From assembly GCA_030684405.1 (NCBI GenBank), contig JAUXYA010000029.1, positions 19,147 to 83,146 of the forward strand: a stretch of DNA of 64,000 nucleotides. The letters are read 5' to 3'. How positions within the stretch are numbered: position 1 is the stretch's first letter; the number at the start of each line of letters is the position of its first letter. A program made the translations under genes and the position numbers. The stretch comes from Burkholderiales bacterium. GTDB taxonomy: Bacteria > Pseudomonadota > Gammaproteobacteria > Burkholderiales > SG8-41. Under the pieces are notes generated by a model. That model did not search any database. It was given only the letters and a program-made list of their open reading frames with translations, and was not told the origin of the DNA. This document shows positions 28,209 to 36,520 of this stretch, in pieces.

Positions 28209-28274
28209 AAATATAAATAAAAACAGATACTTATATATTACCGCTGGGGGTAAATCCTGTAATCGCAGCGGACT

Positions 28275-28871
28275 TCAGTCGCTCCGGTGCTTGCCCGGCG
28301 ACCAGCCGTGCTGCGCAATATGCTTTTGCGCCTTTTCGACCGCATGGTCCTCCAGTGGCGTAGCCATGGTGTCGTTCCAGCGGTTCATGAAGCCGAAATA
28401 GGAGATCAGCGCCGTGATCTCGACAATCTGGCCTTCATTCCAGTGCTGTTTCATCCGCTCGAAGAGTTCGTCGCTGACATCGTTGGGCTGTGAAGCCGCG
28501 GCAATCGCAAACTCCAGTGCCACTCGCTCGGCCTCGCTGAACAGGGGGCTGCTGCGAAATTCCCAGACCTTCTCCAGTTTATCCGCAGGTATACCTTGCT
28601 GGAGAGACCCCCCAGCGTTGTGCGCCATTCAGTAATGGCAGCCGTGGGTGCGCGCGACTACGTAGGCCAGCAGGCGCTTGAAGGCGATGCTGACTTCGCC
28701 ATCGGCATCGAACACCGCATTGGACAGCGCGCGCAGCGCCGTCACCAGCTTCGGCCGGCGCTGCATGATCAACTGGCTATTGGGCACATAGTGGTTGGCT
28801 GCGAGCGTCTTCTCGAACATTTCCTTCAGTTCGGGTGCCGCGCCGATGGGCAGGGGTTTCAGTCGGGCCAT
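28275..28871 (-). CDS. AhpD/CMD-family protein with in-frame TGA at the second position of the CxxC motif (candidate selenoprotein, 198 codons)
   Basis: Track ORFs 28629..28871 and 28275..28628 are contiguous and in the same frame, separated only by the TGA at 28629-28631. The junction reads THG-C-H-Y-[TGA]-M-A-H. Confidence 0.65.
28598..28616 (-). promoter_or_regulatory. SECIS-like hairpin 12 nt downstream of the in-frame UGA
   Basis: GCUGGGG-GGUCU-CUCCAGC: a 7-bp stem including one G-U pair, with a GGUC-containing loop. Confidence 0.4.
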
Positions 28872-28895
28872 GAAAGTTCCTTTTCAGTTGAGCAG

Positions 28896-28936
28896 GCAAA
28901 AAAATCCCCGGTCCGCGGAAGGTTCCGCGGACCGGG
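28896..28936 (-). terminator. strong rho-independent terminator after the Bug gene
   Basis: A perfect 15-nt inverted repeat ccccggtccgcggaa/ttccgcggaccgggg, followed on the minus strand by a U7 tract. Confidence 0.75.
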
Positions 28937-28945
28937 GCGCTATGC

Positions 28946-29941
28946 TTATTGGCGGATGCCCAGCGAGGTCGCCAGTCCGTAATAAAGCTCGTATTGTTCC
29001 TTGACGAAGGCAAAACTTTCTTCCGGTGAGCGGATCGCCGCCACGCCGCCGATACGCGCATTGCCGGCCTGCCAGTCAGGGTCCTTCGCCAGTTGCTGGA
29101 AGGTCTTGACCCAGGCGGCCACTACCGGTTTCGGCATTCCAGCCGGGCCCATCAGCGCGGTCCAGCCGACCAGTTTTTCCATCTCCGGGAAACCGGCCTC
29201 GCGCGCCCCCGGCACACCCGGCGCCTCGGCGATCCGGTCCGGCGACGCCATCACACCGCGCAGGCGTCCCGATTTGATGTGCGGCACCAGCGTGGTCGCA
29301 TTGTTGCAGGCGAAATCGACCTGGCCACCCATGACCGCCGTGGTCACCTCGCCACCACCCTTGTAATGGATGCCGACGGCGTGGTCCTTGGTCAGCTTGG
29401 CCAGTGTCATCCAGTACTGCGGCGCCATGTTCTGCACCGTCCCCGGGCCAGCCGTCGAGAAGTTGAGTTTGCCCGGCTGTTTGCGGATCGCCTCCATCAG
29501 GTCCTGCGCGTTGCGGTAGGGCGACTCTGCGCGCACGAAACAGATCGAAGGATTGAGCTCGATCAGCGACAGCATCGTGAACTCGTTCCACTTGTAATTA
29601 AGCTTCGAATCGATCGCCGGCAGGATCGCATGCGTGGCAATCCGCGCGACCAGCAGCGTGTAACCGTCGGGCTGGGCGGCCTTGACATAGCTGGTGCCGA
29701 TCGCGCCGGAGGCGCCGACGCGGTTCACCGGGATGATGTTGGTTTTCCCGCCGAGGTATTTGGTGGCCACCAGTCCGACATTACGGCCCGAGAGATCCGA
29801 ATCGCCACCGGCGGCGAAGGGAATCACGAACTGGATCGGCTTGCTCGGATACGGTGCAGCGGATTGCGCCTGGGCACCCTGGGAAAGAAGCAGGATTGCT
29901 GCTGAACACACTGGAAGTGCGACTGTTGCATAGCGATGCAT
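28946..29941 (-). CDS. Bug-family (TctC-like) substrate-binding protein
   Basis: Signal peptide followed by YPSKPIQFVIPFAAGGDSDLSGR...; 331 aa. Confidence 0.9.
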   Translation of the reverse strand: MHRYATVALPVCSAAILLLSQGAQAQSAAPYPSKPIQFVIPFAAGGDSDLSGRNVGLVATKYLGGKTNIIPVNRVGASGAIGTSYVKAAQPDGYTLLVARIATHAILPAIDSKLNYKWNEFTMLSLIELNPSICFVRAESPYRNAQDLMEAIRKQPGKLNFSTAGPGTVQNMAPQYWMTLAKLTKDHAVGIHYKGGGEVTTAVMGGQVDFACNNATTLVPHIKSGRLRGVMASPDRIAEAPGVPGAREAGFPEMEKLVGWTALMGPAGMPKPVVAAWVKTFQQLAKDPDWQAGNARIGGVAAIRSPEESFAFVKEQYELYYGLATSLGIRQ

Positions 29942-30156
29942 GTTCCCCTCCGGATCAGTTGATCAAAACGCGTATTGTTGTTGTGTTGCGCCCGGAGTGT
30001 TGCATCGATGCTGCCGACCGATCCGGGCCTGCTTTATTGGATCTGCCCGGCTATTCTGCACCAAATCGCGACGGCCGGAATTTCCGGCAGCCCCGGGACA
30101 ATTCCGGAACCGCCGGAAACCCGGCCGTCGATCAAAAGAGGGCGTTCTTTCGTGTG

Positions 30157-30603
30157 CTACTCGCGGTGTTCGTCGTCCAGGTAGTGCCGGGTGCCATAGA
30201 AGGCATGGACTTCCTGGGCCCAGGCCTGATCCGCCATGTCGGGCCACATGTCCTTGTTGAATCCCGGCGCCGCCGTGAGGCGGCTTTTTTCCACATTGAG
30301 CACGAAGCGCTTGTTCTTCGTATCCAGTGTCAACGCCTTCCACGGTACTGCGAAGAGTTTTTCGCCGAAGCCTAAAAATGCACCGAAGGCCAATACCGCA
30401 TAACCCACCCGGCCGCTGGCCATGTCGAGCATGATTTCCTTGATGTTGCCGATGTCCTCATTCTGGTGGTTGTAGACATTGTTGCCGATCAGCGTTTCCG
30501 CGCCCATCAGGCCGGGGCCCGGCCCCTTGCGCATGTCCGGTCCGGCAAGACCGCCGGTATGTCCGCCATTTGTATTTTGTGTTTCAACTGCCTTGAAATC
30601 CAT
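30157..30603 (-). CDS. PRC-barrel domain protein
   Basis: ...LIGNNVYNHQNEDIGNIKEIMLDMASGRVGYAVLAFG...FAVPWKAL... Confidence 0.8.
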   Translation of the reverse strand: MDFKAVETQNTNGGHTGGLAGPDMRKGPGPGLMGAETLIGNNVYNHQNEDIGNIKEIMLDMASGRVGYAVLAFGAFLGFGEKLFAVPWKALTLDTKNKRFVLNVEKSRLTAAPGFNKDMWPDMADQAWAQEVHAFYGTRHYLDDEHRE

Positions 30604-30634
30604 ATTCAGCTCCTTGGTGGGTTCGAGCGGCCGC

Positions 30635-30811
30635 TTAGCCGATTTTCTTCATTTTGTTTTTCAGGTCGCCGTAACCTGCCTGCACGGTACCAGCAACCCG
30701 GCCGCGCCTGCCTTTCTGCTCAAGGAACTTGTCGCCGACCAGTTTTCCGGCGATTTCCTTGACTTTGCCCCCGGCTTTCTTCAGCCGTCCTTCGACTTGA
30801 TCCTTGTTCAT
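30635..30811 (-). CDS. CsbD-family stress protein (58 aa, below the ORF-track cutoff)
   Basis: My own translation is MNKDQVEGRLKKAGGKVKEIAGKLVGDKFLEQKGRRGRVAGTVQAGYGDLKNKMKKIG. An AGGAGA RBS lies upstream of the ATG (plus cat 30809-30811). Confidence 0.75.
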   Translation of the reverse strand: MNKDQVEGRLKKAGGKVKEIAGKLVGDKFLEQKGRRGRVAGTVQAGYGDLKNKMKKIG

Positions 30812-31067
30812 GGTGTCTCCTGATCATCGCTGCCCATCGGAGGAGCGTGATGTCGCTCCCCGCAGGATTGGCAGTTTTCATGATGCTGAGATTGTCCCAA
30901 GCTGTCCGTGCGTCAACGAACAAACAACGGTCCCGTTGCCGCAGGATTTCCCAAGGTTGTTGTTCTGCAGCAATGGTCGGAAGGCCGGGAGTCGTCACAA
31001 AGTCTTACAAATTCATCGGGATAACGCCGCAGGCCCTCCGGTCCAACAGTGCAAGGAGGATCCCAAC

Positions 31068-31295
31068 ATGAACACACCCGTTCGCTTGATTCTGACAGCT
31101 ACTGCGCTCATTACCCTCGGCGGCTGCGTTGCCGTGCCGGCCGGACCTGGCTACTACTACGAGCCGGCCCCGGTGGTGATGGTACCCGCGCCTGTTTATT
31201 ACGGCCCGACCCTCCGCCTCGATGTGTACGGCGGGCGTGGCGGCCATCCCGGCCGCCACCATCGTGGTCCCGGGCCGCGCCGTGGCCATCGCTGA
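31068..31295 (+). CDS. small lipoprotein, Tyr/Pro/Gly-rich
   Basis: AGGAGGA RBS at 31054-31060, a lipobox (LITLGGC), 75 aa. Confidence 0.55.
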   Translation: MNTPVRLILTATALITLGGCVAVPAGPGYYYEPAPVVMVPAPVYYGPTLRLDVYGGRGGHPGRHHRGPGPRRGHR

Positions 31296-31314
31296 TCAAA
31301 CAGGAGGACAGACC

Positions 31315-32391
31315 ATGCGCTCGGTACTCATCGCACTGTCGCTTTTGCTAGGCACCGCGATCCCGGCCGCAGCTCAGGTCTCGGTCAGCGTCACGGTTCC
31401 CGGCATCAGCATCGGCATTCACCAGCACGGTTACCCCGAACTGGTGCTGGTTCCCGGTTATCCGGTGTATTACGCGCCGCAGCTGCCGGTGAACTATTTT
31501 TTCTACGATGGGTATTACTGGCTGTACCACGAGGACCACTGGTACATGAGCGACTGGTACGATGGCCCGTGGACGGCGGTCAACGCCGACGATGTGCCGC
31601 TGTTCGTGCTGCGGGTACCCGTGCGCTACTACGTGAACCCGCCGGTGCATTTTTATGGTTGGTACGTTGATGCTGCGCCGCGGTGGGATTATCACTGGGG
31701 TCCGCGCTGGGTGTACTACCGTCAGCGTTGGGATTACTGGGATCGCCATATCGTCTACGCGCCTGCGCCGTTGCCACTGTACCAGCGCCATTATGTCGGC
31801 GAGCGCTATCCGCGCGGTGAGTACCGCCACGTGATCCATCGCGAACACTACCGCTACCAGCCGCGCGACAGCGTGGTGCGTGAACGCCATCACCGGCAGC
31901 ATGCGGCGCCGCGGCCGCAAACACATGCGCGCGACAATTTCCCGCGCTCGCCACAGCGGGAGCATGAGCGCGAACGCGAACGGTCGTGGTACCGCACACC
32001 GGGCATGCCAGCGCAGCCCCAAACGGTGCCGCGGCAGCCTGCCGCCGTACCCCAGCAGCCGGCAGCCGTTCCGCAACAACCGGCAATGGTGCCGGCACAG
32101 CCACGGGCTGCTCCGGCGCCGCATCACCGGTTCCAGTCGGCGCCACGCGAACGCGGAGAATTTCGCGGTTCCGAGGCGCAGCGCGCCGTGCCCGGGCAGT
32201 CCGGCCCAGCACCGCAGGCCGTGCAACCGCGGCCGCAACGGGAGTTGCGCGCCGAGCGGGCGCCGCGACCGCAGTTCCAGCAGCGCGCGCCACAGATGGG
32301 CGGTGAGGCGCAGCCGCGCGGCAGTTTCGAAAGACGCCCGGGACCGGAACGCCAGGGTCGCGGCGGCGAACGCGGGCCGGGCCGCAACTAG
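31315..32391 (+). CDS. exported Tyr/Trp/His/Arg-rich protein with Pro/Gln repeat tail
   Basis: CAGGAGGA RBS and a signal peptide (ALSLLLGTAIPAAAQ). It has an aromatic-dense core (YFFYDGYYWLYHEDHWYMSDWYDGPW) and a repeat PQQPAAVPQQPAAVPQQPAMVP. Confidence 0.6.
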   Translation: MRSVLIALSLLLGTAIPAAAQVSVSVTVPGISIGIHQHGYPELVLVPGYPVYYAPQLPVNYFFYDGYYWLYHEDHWYMSDWYDGPWTAVNADDVPLFVLRVPVRYYVNPPVHFYGWYVDAAPRWDYHWGPRWVYYRQRWDYWDRHIVYAPAPLPLYQRHYVGERYPRGEYRHVIHREHYRYQPRDSVVRERHHRQHAAPRPQTHARDNFPRSPQREHERERERSWYRTPGMPAQPQTVPRQPAAVPQQPAAVPQQPAMVPAQPRAAPAPHHRFQSAPRERGEFRGSEAQRAVPGQSGPAPQAVQPRPQRELRAERAPRPQFQQRAPQMGGEAQPRGSFERRPGPERQGRGGERGPGRN

Positions 32392-32478
32392 CTGTGCCAA
32401 GATGGAGCGGGCCGCAAGGCCCCGTTTCATTGGATAATCCTCTGCAGGGGTTCGCCGCCAACCACCGGGGGAAACGAC

Positions 32479-32895
32479 ATGACATCCGAACGCGCCGTCG
32501 CAGGCAGTTGCCTGTGCGGGGACATTCGCTTTGAAATCGCGCCGCCGTCGACGGCCTTTCGTTACTGCCACTGCACGCGCTGCCGCAAGGTGACCGGCGC
32601 AGCGCATGCCGCCAACCTGTTTGTGCCGGCGGCGCAATTCAAGTGGACCGCCGGCGAAGCGCTGGTGCGGCGCTACGATCTGCCCGGTGCCAAGCGCTTT
32701 GCGGTGAGTTTCTGTCCGAACTGCGGCACCCGCGTGCCGCACAAGGTGTCGGGCACCGAAAACATGCTGATACCCGCCGGTGTGCTTGACGGCACACCGG
32801 ACCTCAAGCCCGAAGGCAGTATTTTCTGGGGCTCGCGTGCCGAATGGTTCATCGAAACGCCGGCGCTGCCGAAAGCCGAGGAGTACGGCAGGTAG
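32479..32895 (+). CDS. GFA-family (CENP-V/glutathione-dependent formaldehyde-activating-like) zinc protein
   Basis: Cys pattern CLCG...CHCTRCRK...FCPNCG. Confidence 0.8.
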   Translation: MTSERAVAGSCLCGDIRFEIAPPSTAFRYCHCTRCRKVTGAAHAANLFVPAAQFKWTAGEALVRRYDLPGAKRFAVSFCPNCGTRVPHKVSGTENMLIPAGVLDGTPDLKPEGSIFWGSRAEWFIETPALPKAEEYGR

Positions 32896-32960
32896 AATCC
32901 CGTCAGTGGCACAGCGGCGCATCGCCGCAGCCTTGTTCAGCAGAGGAAGGAAAAATCCGC

Positions 32961-33695
32961 ATGGCCCTGATCGAACAGCATGTCAGCGTCACCACCAAAC
33001 ACGGCAAATGCCCGGCCTTCGCCGCCTGCCCCGATGCACCGGGCCGTTTTCCCGGCATCATTTTCTACATGGATGCGCCGGGCTTCCGCGAGGAGCTCTG
33101 CAACATGGCGCGGCGCATCGCCAAACACGGCTATTTCTGTTTGCTGCCCGACATGTATTACCGGCTCGGCACCTGCCGCTTCGACATCCCGCGCCGCAAT
33201 GATGCGATGTCGGCGGTGATCAAGGCGGCGATGAACAGTCTCAGCAATGCCGACGTGATCGACGATACCGCCGCCTTCATCAACTGGTTCGACGCCCAGG
33301 ACAAGGCCGCCGAAGGCGCGGTGGGCAGCGTCGGACACTGTATGAGTGGGCGTTACATCACTACCGCCGCGGCGCGATTCCCGCGGATGAAGGCGGCGGC
33401 TTCGCTCTACGGCGTCGGCATCGTCACCGACAAGGACGATTCTCCGCACAAGCTCCTCGGTGACATCAAGGGCGAACTTTATTACGCCTTCGCCGAGAAG
33501 GATGCCTCGGTGCCGGCGCATGAAGTCACGGAACTCGCCGCGGCGTTGAAAAAAGCCGGCACCAAACACGCGCTAGAAACGCTGCCCGGCACCCAGCACG
33601 GCTTCTGTTTCGCTGAACGCGCGGTCTACAACCCGGTGGCCGCCGAGCACACCTGGACGAAGATTTTCGACCTTTGGGACCTCAACCTGAAATAG
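32961..33695 (+). CDS. dienelactone hydrolase family protein
   Basis: Internal Met MALIEQH. It has the segments PGIIFYMDAPG and VGHCMSG (nucleophile elbow with Cys), plus ...GTQHGF. Confidence 0.85.
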   Translation: MALIEQHVSVTTKHGKCPAFAACPDAPGRFPGIIFYMDAPGFREELCNMARRIAKHGYFCLLPDMYYRLGTCRFDIPRRNDAMSAVIKAAMNSLSNADVIDDTAAFINWFDAQDKAAEGAVGSVGHCMSGRYITTAAARFPRMKAAASLYGVGIVTDKDDSPHKLLGDIKGELYYAFAEKDASVPAHEVTELAAALKKAGTKHALETLPGTQHGFCFAERAVYNPVAAEHTWTKIFDLWDLNLK

Positions 33696-33742
33696 TGAGC
33701 AGGGCGCGCACCGCCGCCCCCGGCCACTGAAAGCGCGCTGCA

Positions 33743-34777
33743 ATGGCTTCAGTCATTGCTCTCGGCGAAGCGCAGCTCGCTGCCGTACTTGCCCACAATA
33801 AGGCACAGGCGCAGGCCTGTGCGGAGGCGGCACAGCGTCGCGCGCTGGCGAAGGGCAGCTTCGTGTTCTTCGCCGCCTTCGACGGCACCAACAACGACAG
33901 GGATGCGCTCGCCGGCGACGCATATTGCACGAACGTCGGCCAGTTGTGGCAGCAGTACGGCGCCGCTCGCACGGAGAATCTGCAGGGCGGCTACTACCCC
34001 GGGCTCGGCACCAAGGGCCGGCCCACGCGCGAGACCTGGATGTCTTCTGCGGTGACTGTCGGTGTCATCGAGACCGCGAAGAAGGCCTATATCGACTATG
34101 CGAAGGCGGCATCGGCCTGGCTCGACGTGCATCCACGCGCAGTGGTGAGCGTAGTAATCACCGGCTTCAGCCGCGGCACGGCGTCCGCGGCGATCTTCAG
34201 CCAGTTGCTCTACAAGCGGGGTCTCGTGCTGCCGTACCCTTCCGGCAAGGTTCTGATTGAGCCCGGTGCAAGCCGCATTGCCGGGGGTGTGCTGTTCGAC
34301 CCGGTGGCGACTGGCGTCAAGGGCAATCTCGCGTTTCCGCCCAACGTCCGTAACCTCATTGTGTTCAAGGCGTTCAACGAATACCGTCATCTGTTCAAGG
34401 CCGTGAACTACAGCAAGCCGCAGGACATTGCCACCACGCTGGGCTTCTACGGCAACCATTGCGACGTCGGCGGCGGTTACGACAACGGACTTTCTGCCGT
34501 GACACTGGACGCAGCCGCGCGCTTTCTGCAGAAATCCGGGTTGGTTATCGCTGAAGTCCCGGCCGCGCGCGAATTGGCGGAAGGCGAGCTCGCTGTGCAC
34601 AGTGAGGAACACGACGACCACGGCAACCGTATCTGGGATGTCTATCACCCGGACGGTTTCAGCTTCCGGGACTATCGCCTGTTCGACCGGGCTGTACGGA
34701 TCAGCCCGGCCTCGCGCGCCAATCCTTCAGGACGGCGCGGCTTCACACTCTACGACGGGCCGCGGCTGACGCTTTAA
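33743..34777 (+). CDS. DUF2235-type alpha/beta hydrolase (Tle1-like phospholipase fold)
   Basis: FAAFDGTNND, GFSRGTASA (GxSxG) and GNHCDVGGGY correspond to the FDGTGN / GFSRGA / HSDVGGGY blocks of DUF2235. Confidence 0.7.
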   Translation: MASVIALGEAQLAAVLAHNKAQAQACAEAAQRRALAKGSFVFFAAFDGTNNDRDALAGDAYCTNVGQLWQQYGAARTENLQGGYYPGLGTKGRPTRETWMSSAVTVGVIETAKKAYIDYAKAASAWLDVHPRAVVSVVITGFSRGTASAAIFSQLLYKRGLVLPYPSGKVLIEPGASRIAGGVLFDPVATGVKGNLAFPPNVRNLIVFKAFNEYRHLFKAVNYSKPQDIATTLGFYGNHCDVGGGYDNGLSAVTLDAAARFLQKSGLVIAEVPAARELAEGELAVHSEEHDDHGNRIWDVYHPDGFSFRDYRLFDRAVRISPASRANPSGRRGFTLYDGPRLTL

Positions 34778-34794
34778 CCATGCCGGGCACCGGC

Positions 34795-36354
34795 TCAGTG
34801 CTTGCGCCGCGTGTCCTTGATGATTTCCTCGCGCACGTCGGTGATCTCCCGCGTGCCTGAGGCAGCGCCGCCGTCGCAATGCTCCGTGCGCGGGCAATGC
34901 GTGCTGCGCGGGCAGATGATGCGCGCGGAGCGCAGCAGGGCTTCCTCGACCCAGGCGATGTTGAGCACCCGCGCCACCGCTCGGATCGCCTCTGCCGCGG
35001 GCTTCGGGATTTCCGCCTCGCCGCGGCCGCGGATGCAGGATTCGGTGATCGCCTCGACGAAGGCATCGGCGTCGGGCGTGTGCGAGCGCAGCGCCGGCAC
35101 CAGGTCGATGCCCACCGACAGCACATGCGGATTGCCCGCCATGTCCGTGGTGCGCAGCGAATGGCAGCAGTAGAGCAGCGACTGGCCACCATCGCGCAGC
35201 ACCGAGATCTGTGAGCCGCGGTCCGGGCCCTTCTTCTGGTCGAGCATGCGGAACACCGCCCAGTGCGGGCAGGGGTCGGTGACCTGCGCCATGTTGCCCC
35301 AGGGCAGCGGGATGCCGTTGCCGCGGTAGACCGCGCGCAGGTAACCCGGCGGATAGGCATCGAAAAAATGCCAGTACGGATAGGGCGAGACCTTGGTCAT
35401 GCGCCGCATCACCGCCGCCGGCGTGAGCTGGATTTTTTCGCCGGCCTCGACGCGGTACGACTCCCGTGTCAGGAAGCGGCGGAAGGGCACTTTCGGGCAC
35501 AGCAGCGCGCCGGCGAAGAAGCTGCACTCGAAATCGCGCCAGGCATGCAGCACGTCCTGCGGGCTCATGCCGGTGCCGGGGCTGCCCTGCGGACTGCCGC
35601 CCGGTTCGCCGCCGGTGGCATGCGCCGCCTTCAGGCCGTCGCCGCCGTGGAGTATCCGGTGGCCGAGGTGTGAAGCGAGATCGAACTTCAGCCGCGCCGG
35701 ATCGTGTTCCAGAGCGCGGTTGAGGTAGATCGTGCCCGGCGTCTCGTAGAAGGAGCGCAGCATGCTGCGCAGTTCGCGGCCGTTGTCGCGGACCGGCACC
35801 GGTTTGCGTTCGAACCACTGCACTTTCAGGCCGTGCTGTTTGTACAGCCGCAGCAGGTCATCGACGCCGAGCGGGAACTGGCGCTGGCCAACGTTTTCCG
35901 CTGCGCGCTCCAGATCCGGAAAATCGTTGCGCGATATTTCCTGGTGCGAACGGATCAGCAGGTGCGCGAACTGCTTGCCGCTGGTGCCGGTCTGCGCCAG
36001 CAGTTCGGGAATTGCAGCCTGCAGCAGTTCCTTCGAAAACAGGAAGGCCGGTTCCAGCGGCACCGTGGCCGCGCCGCCGCCGCGCGGCGCAGCCACCGCG
36101 GCCTCGGTTTCCGGGTTGTTGTCGAGGAACCAGGCCGTGTCGCGCTGGAACAGCGCCGACAGCAGGTCCAGCACCGCGGCCGAGGGCACGCGTTTTCCGC
36201 TCTCGATCATGCTCAGGTACGACACCGAGGGCGCTTTCTCCGGATCGTGCTGGCTGCAGCGCGCCGACAGTTCTTCCAGCGTGAGGCCGTTGCGTTTGCG
36301 CAGTGCGCGCAGCTTGGTGCCGAGGAAATGGCTCTGGCGGGTATGCAGGCTCAT
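34795..36354 (-). CDS. XRE-family HTH regulator fused to ImmA/IrrE-like (DUF955) and C-terminal Cys-rich domain (short-chain fatty acyl-CoA regulator/RamB-PrpR-like architecture)
   Basis: Internal Met MSLHTRQ (plus cat 36352-36354). The HTH is LRALRKRNGLTLEELS...YLSMIESGKR, followed by the degenerate peptidase-like segment ASHLGHRILHGG and a C-terminal CPRSTHCPRTEHC. Confidence 0.7.
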   Translation of the reverse strand: MSLHTRQSHFLGTKLRALRKRNGLTLEELSARCSQHDPEKAPSVSYLSMIESGKRVPSAAVLDLLSALFQRDTAWFLDNNPETEAAVAAPRGGGAATVPLEPAFLFSKELLQAAIPELLAQTGTSGKQFAHLLIRSHQEISRNDFPDLERAAENVGQRQFPLGVDDLLRLYKQHGLKVQWFERKPVPVRDNGRELRSMLRSFYETPGTIYLNRALEHDPARLKFDLASHLGHRILHGGDGLKAAHATGGEPGGSPQGSPGTGMSPQDVLHAWRDFECSFFAGALLCPKVPFRRFLTRESYRVEAGEKIQLTPAAVMRRMTKVSPYPYWHFFDAYPPGYLRAVYRGNGIPLPWGNMAQVTDPCPHWAVFRMLDQKKGPDRGSQISVLRDGGQSLLYCCHSLRTTDMAGNPHVLSVGIDLVPALRSHTPDADAFVEAITESCIRGRGEAEIPKPAAEAIRAVARVLNIAWVEEALLRSARIICPRSTHCPRTEHCDGGAASGTREITDVREEIIKDTRRKH

Positions 36355-36403
36355 CGTCTGTCTCCGGGCAGTGGCGGGCTGCTGCAATCGTCGACCAGCT
36401 GCG

Positions 36404-36440
36404 TGTGAAATTAACAATGTGAAATTTTTAATGTCAAATT
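36404..36440. promoter_or_regulatory. three direct repeats (candidate operator) in divergent intergenic region
   Basis: TGTGAAATT at 36404, TGTGAAATT at 36418 and TGTCAAATT at 36432, with exact 14-bp spacing inside an AT-rich island. Confidence 0.4.
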
Positions 36441-36520
36441 TTGCACATACTGATCCTATGATGCACCGCAATCCGGTCAAAAACCAGACCGGCCCCGGCC
36501 CATCACAGAGGGAGAACCAG

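Noticed and set aside
31348-32922. 524-aa minus-strand ORF, plus nested ORFs at 31580..32485 and 31880..32437
   Set aside because: These are antisense to or out of frame with the exported aromatic-rich protein and the GFA gene. Both of those have strong RBSs, and signal-peptide or zinc-motif logic supports them. The alternatives are Arg/Ala/Pro-rich runs.
35762-36520. 253-codon N-terminal extension of the oxidoreductase ORF (track ORF 35762..37645)
   Set aside because: The extension is antisense to the XRE/ImmA-like regulator gene. The internal ATG at 36521 has a GGGAGA RBS and begins directly with the Rossmann motif.
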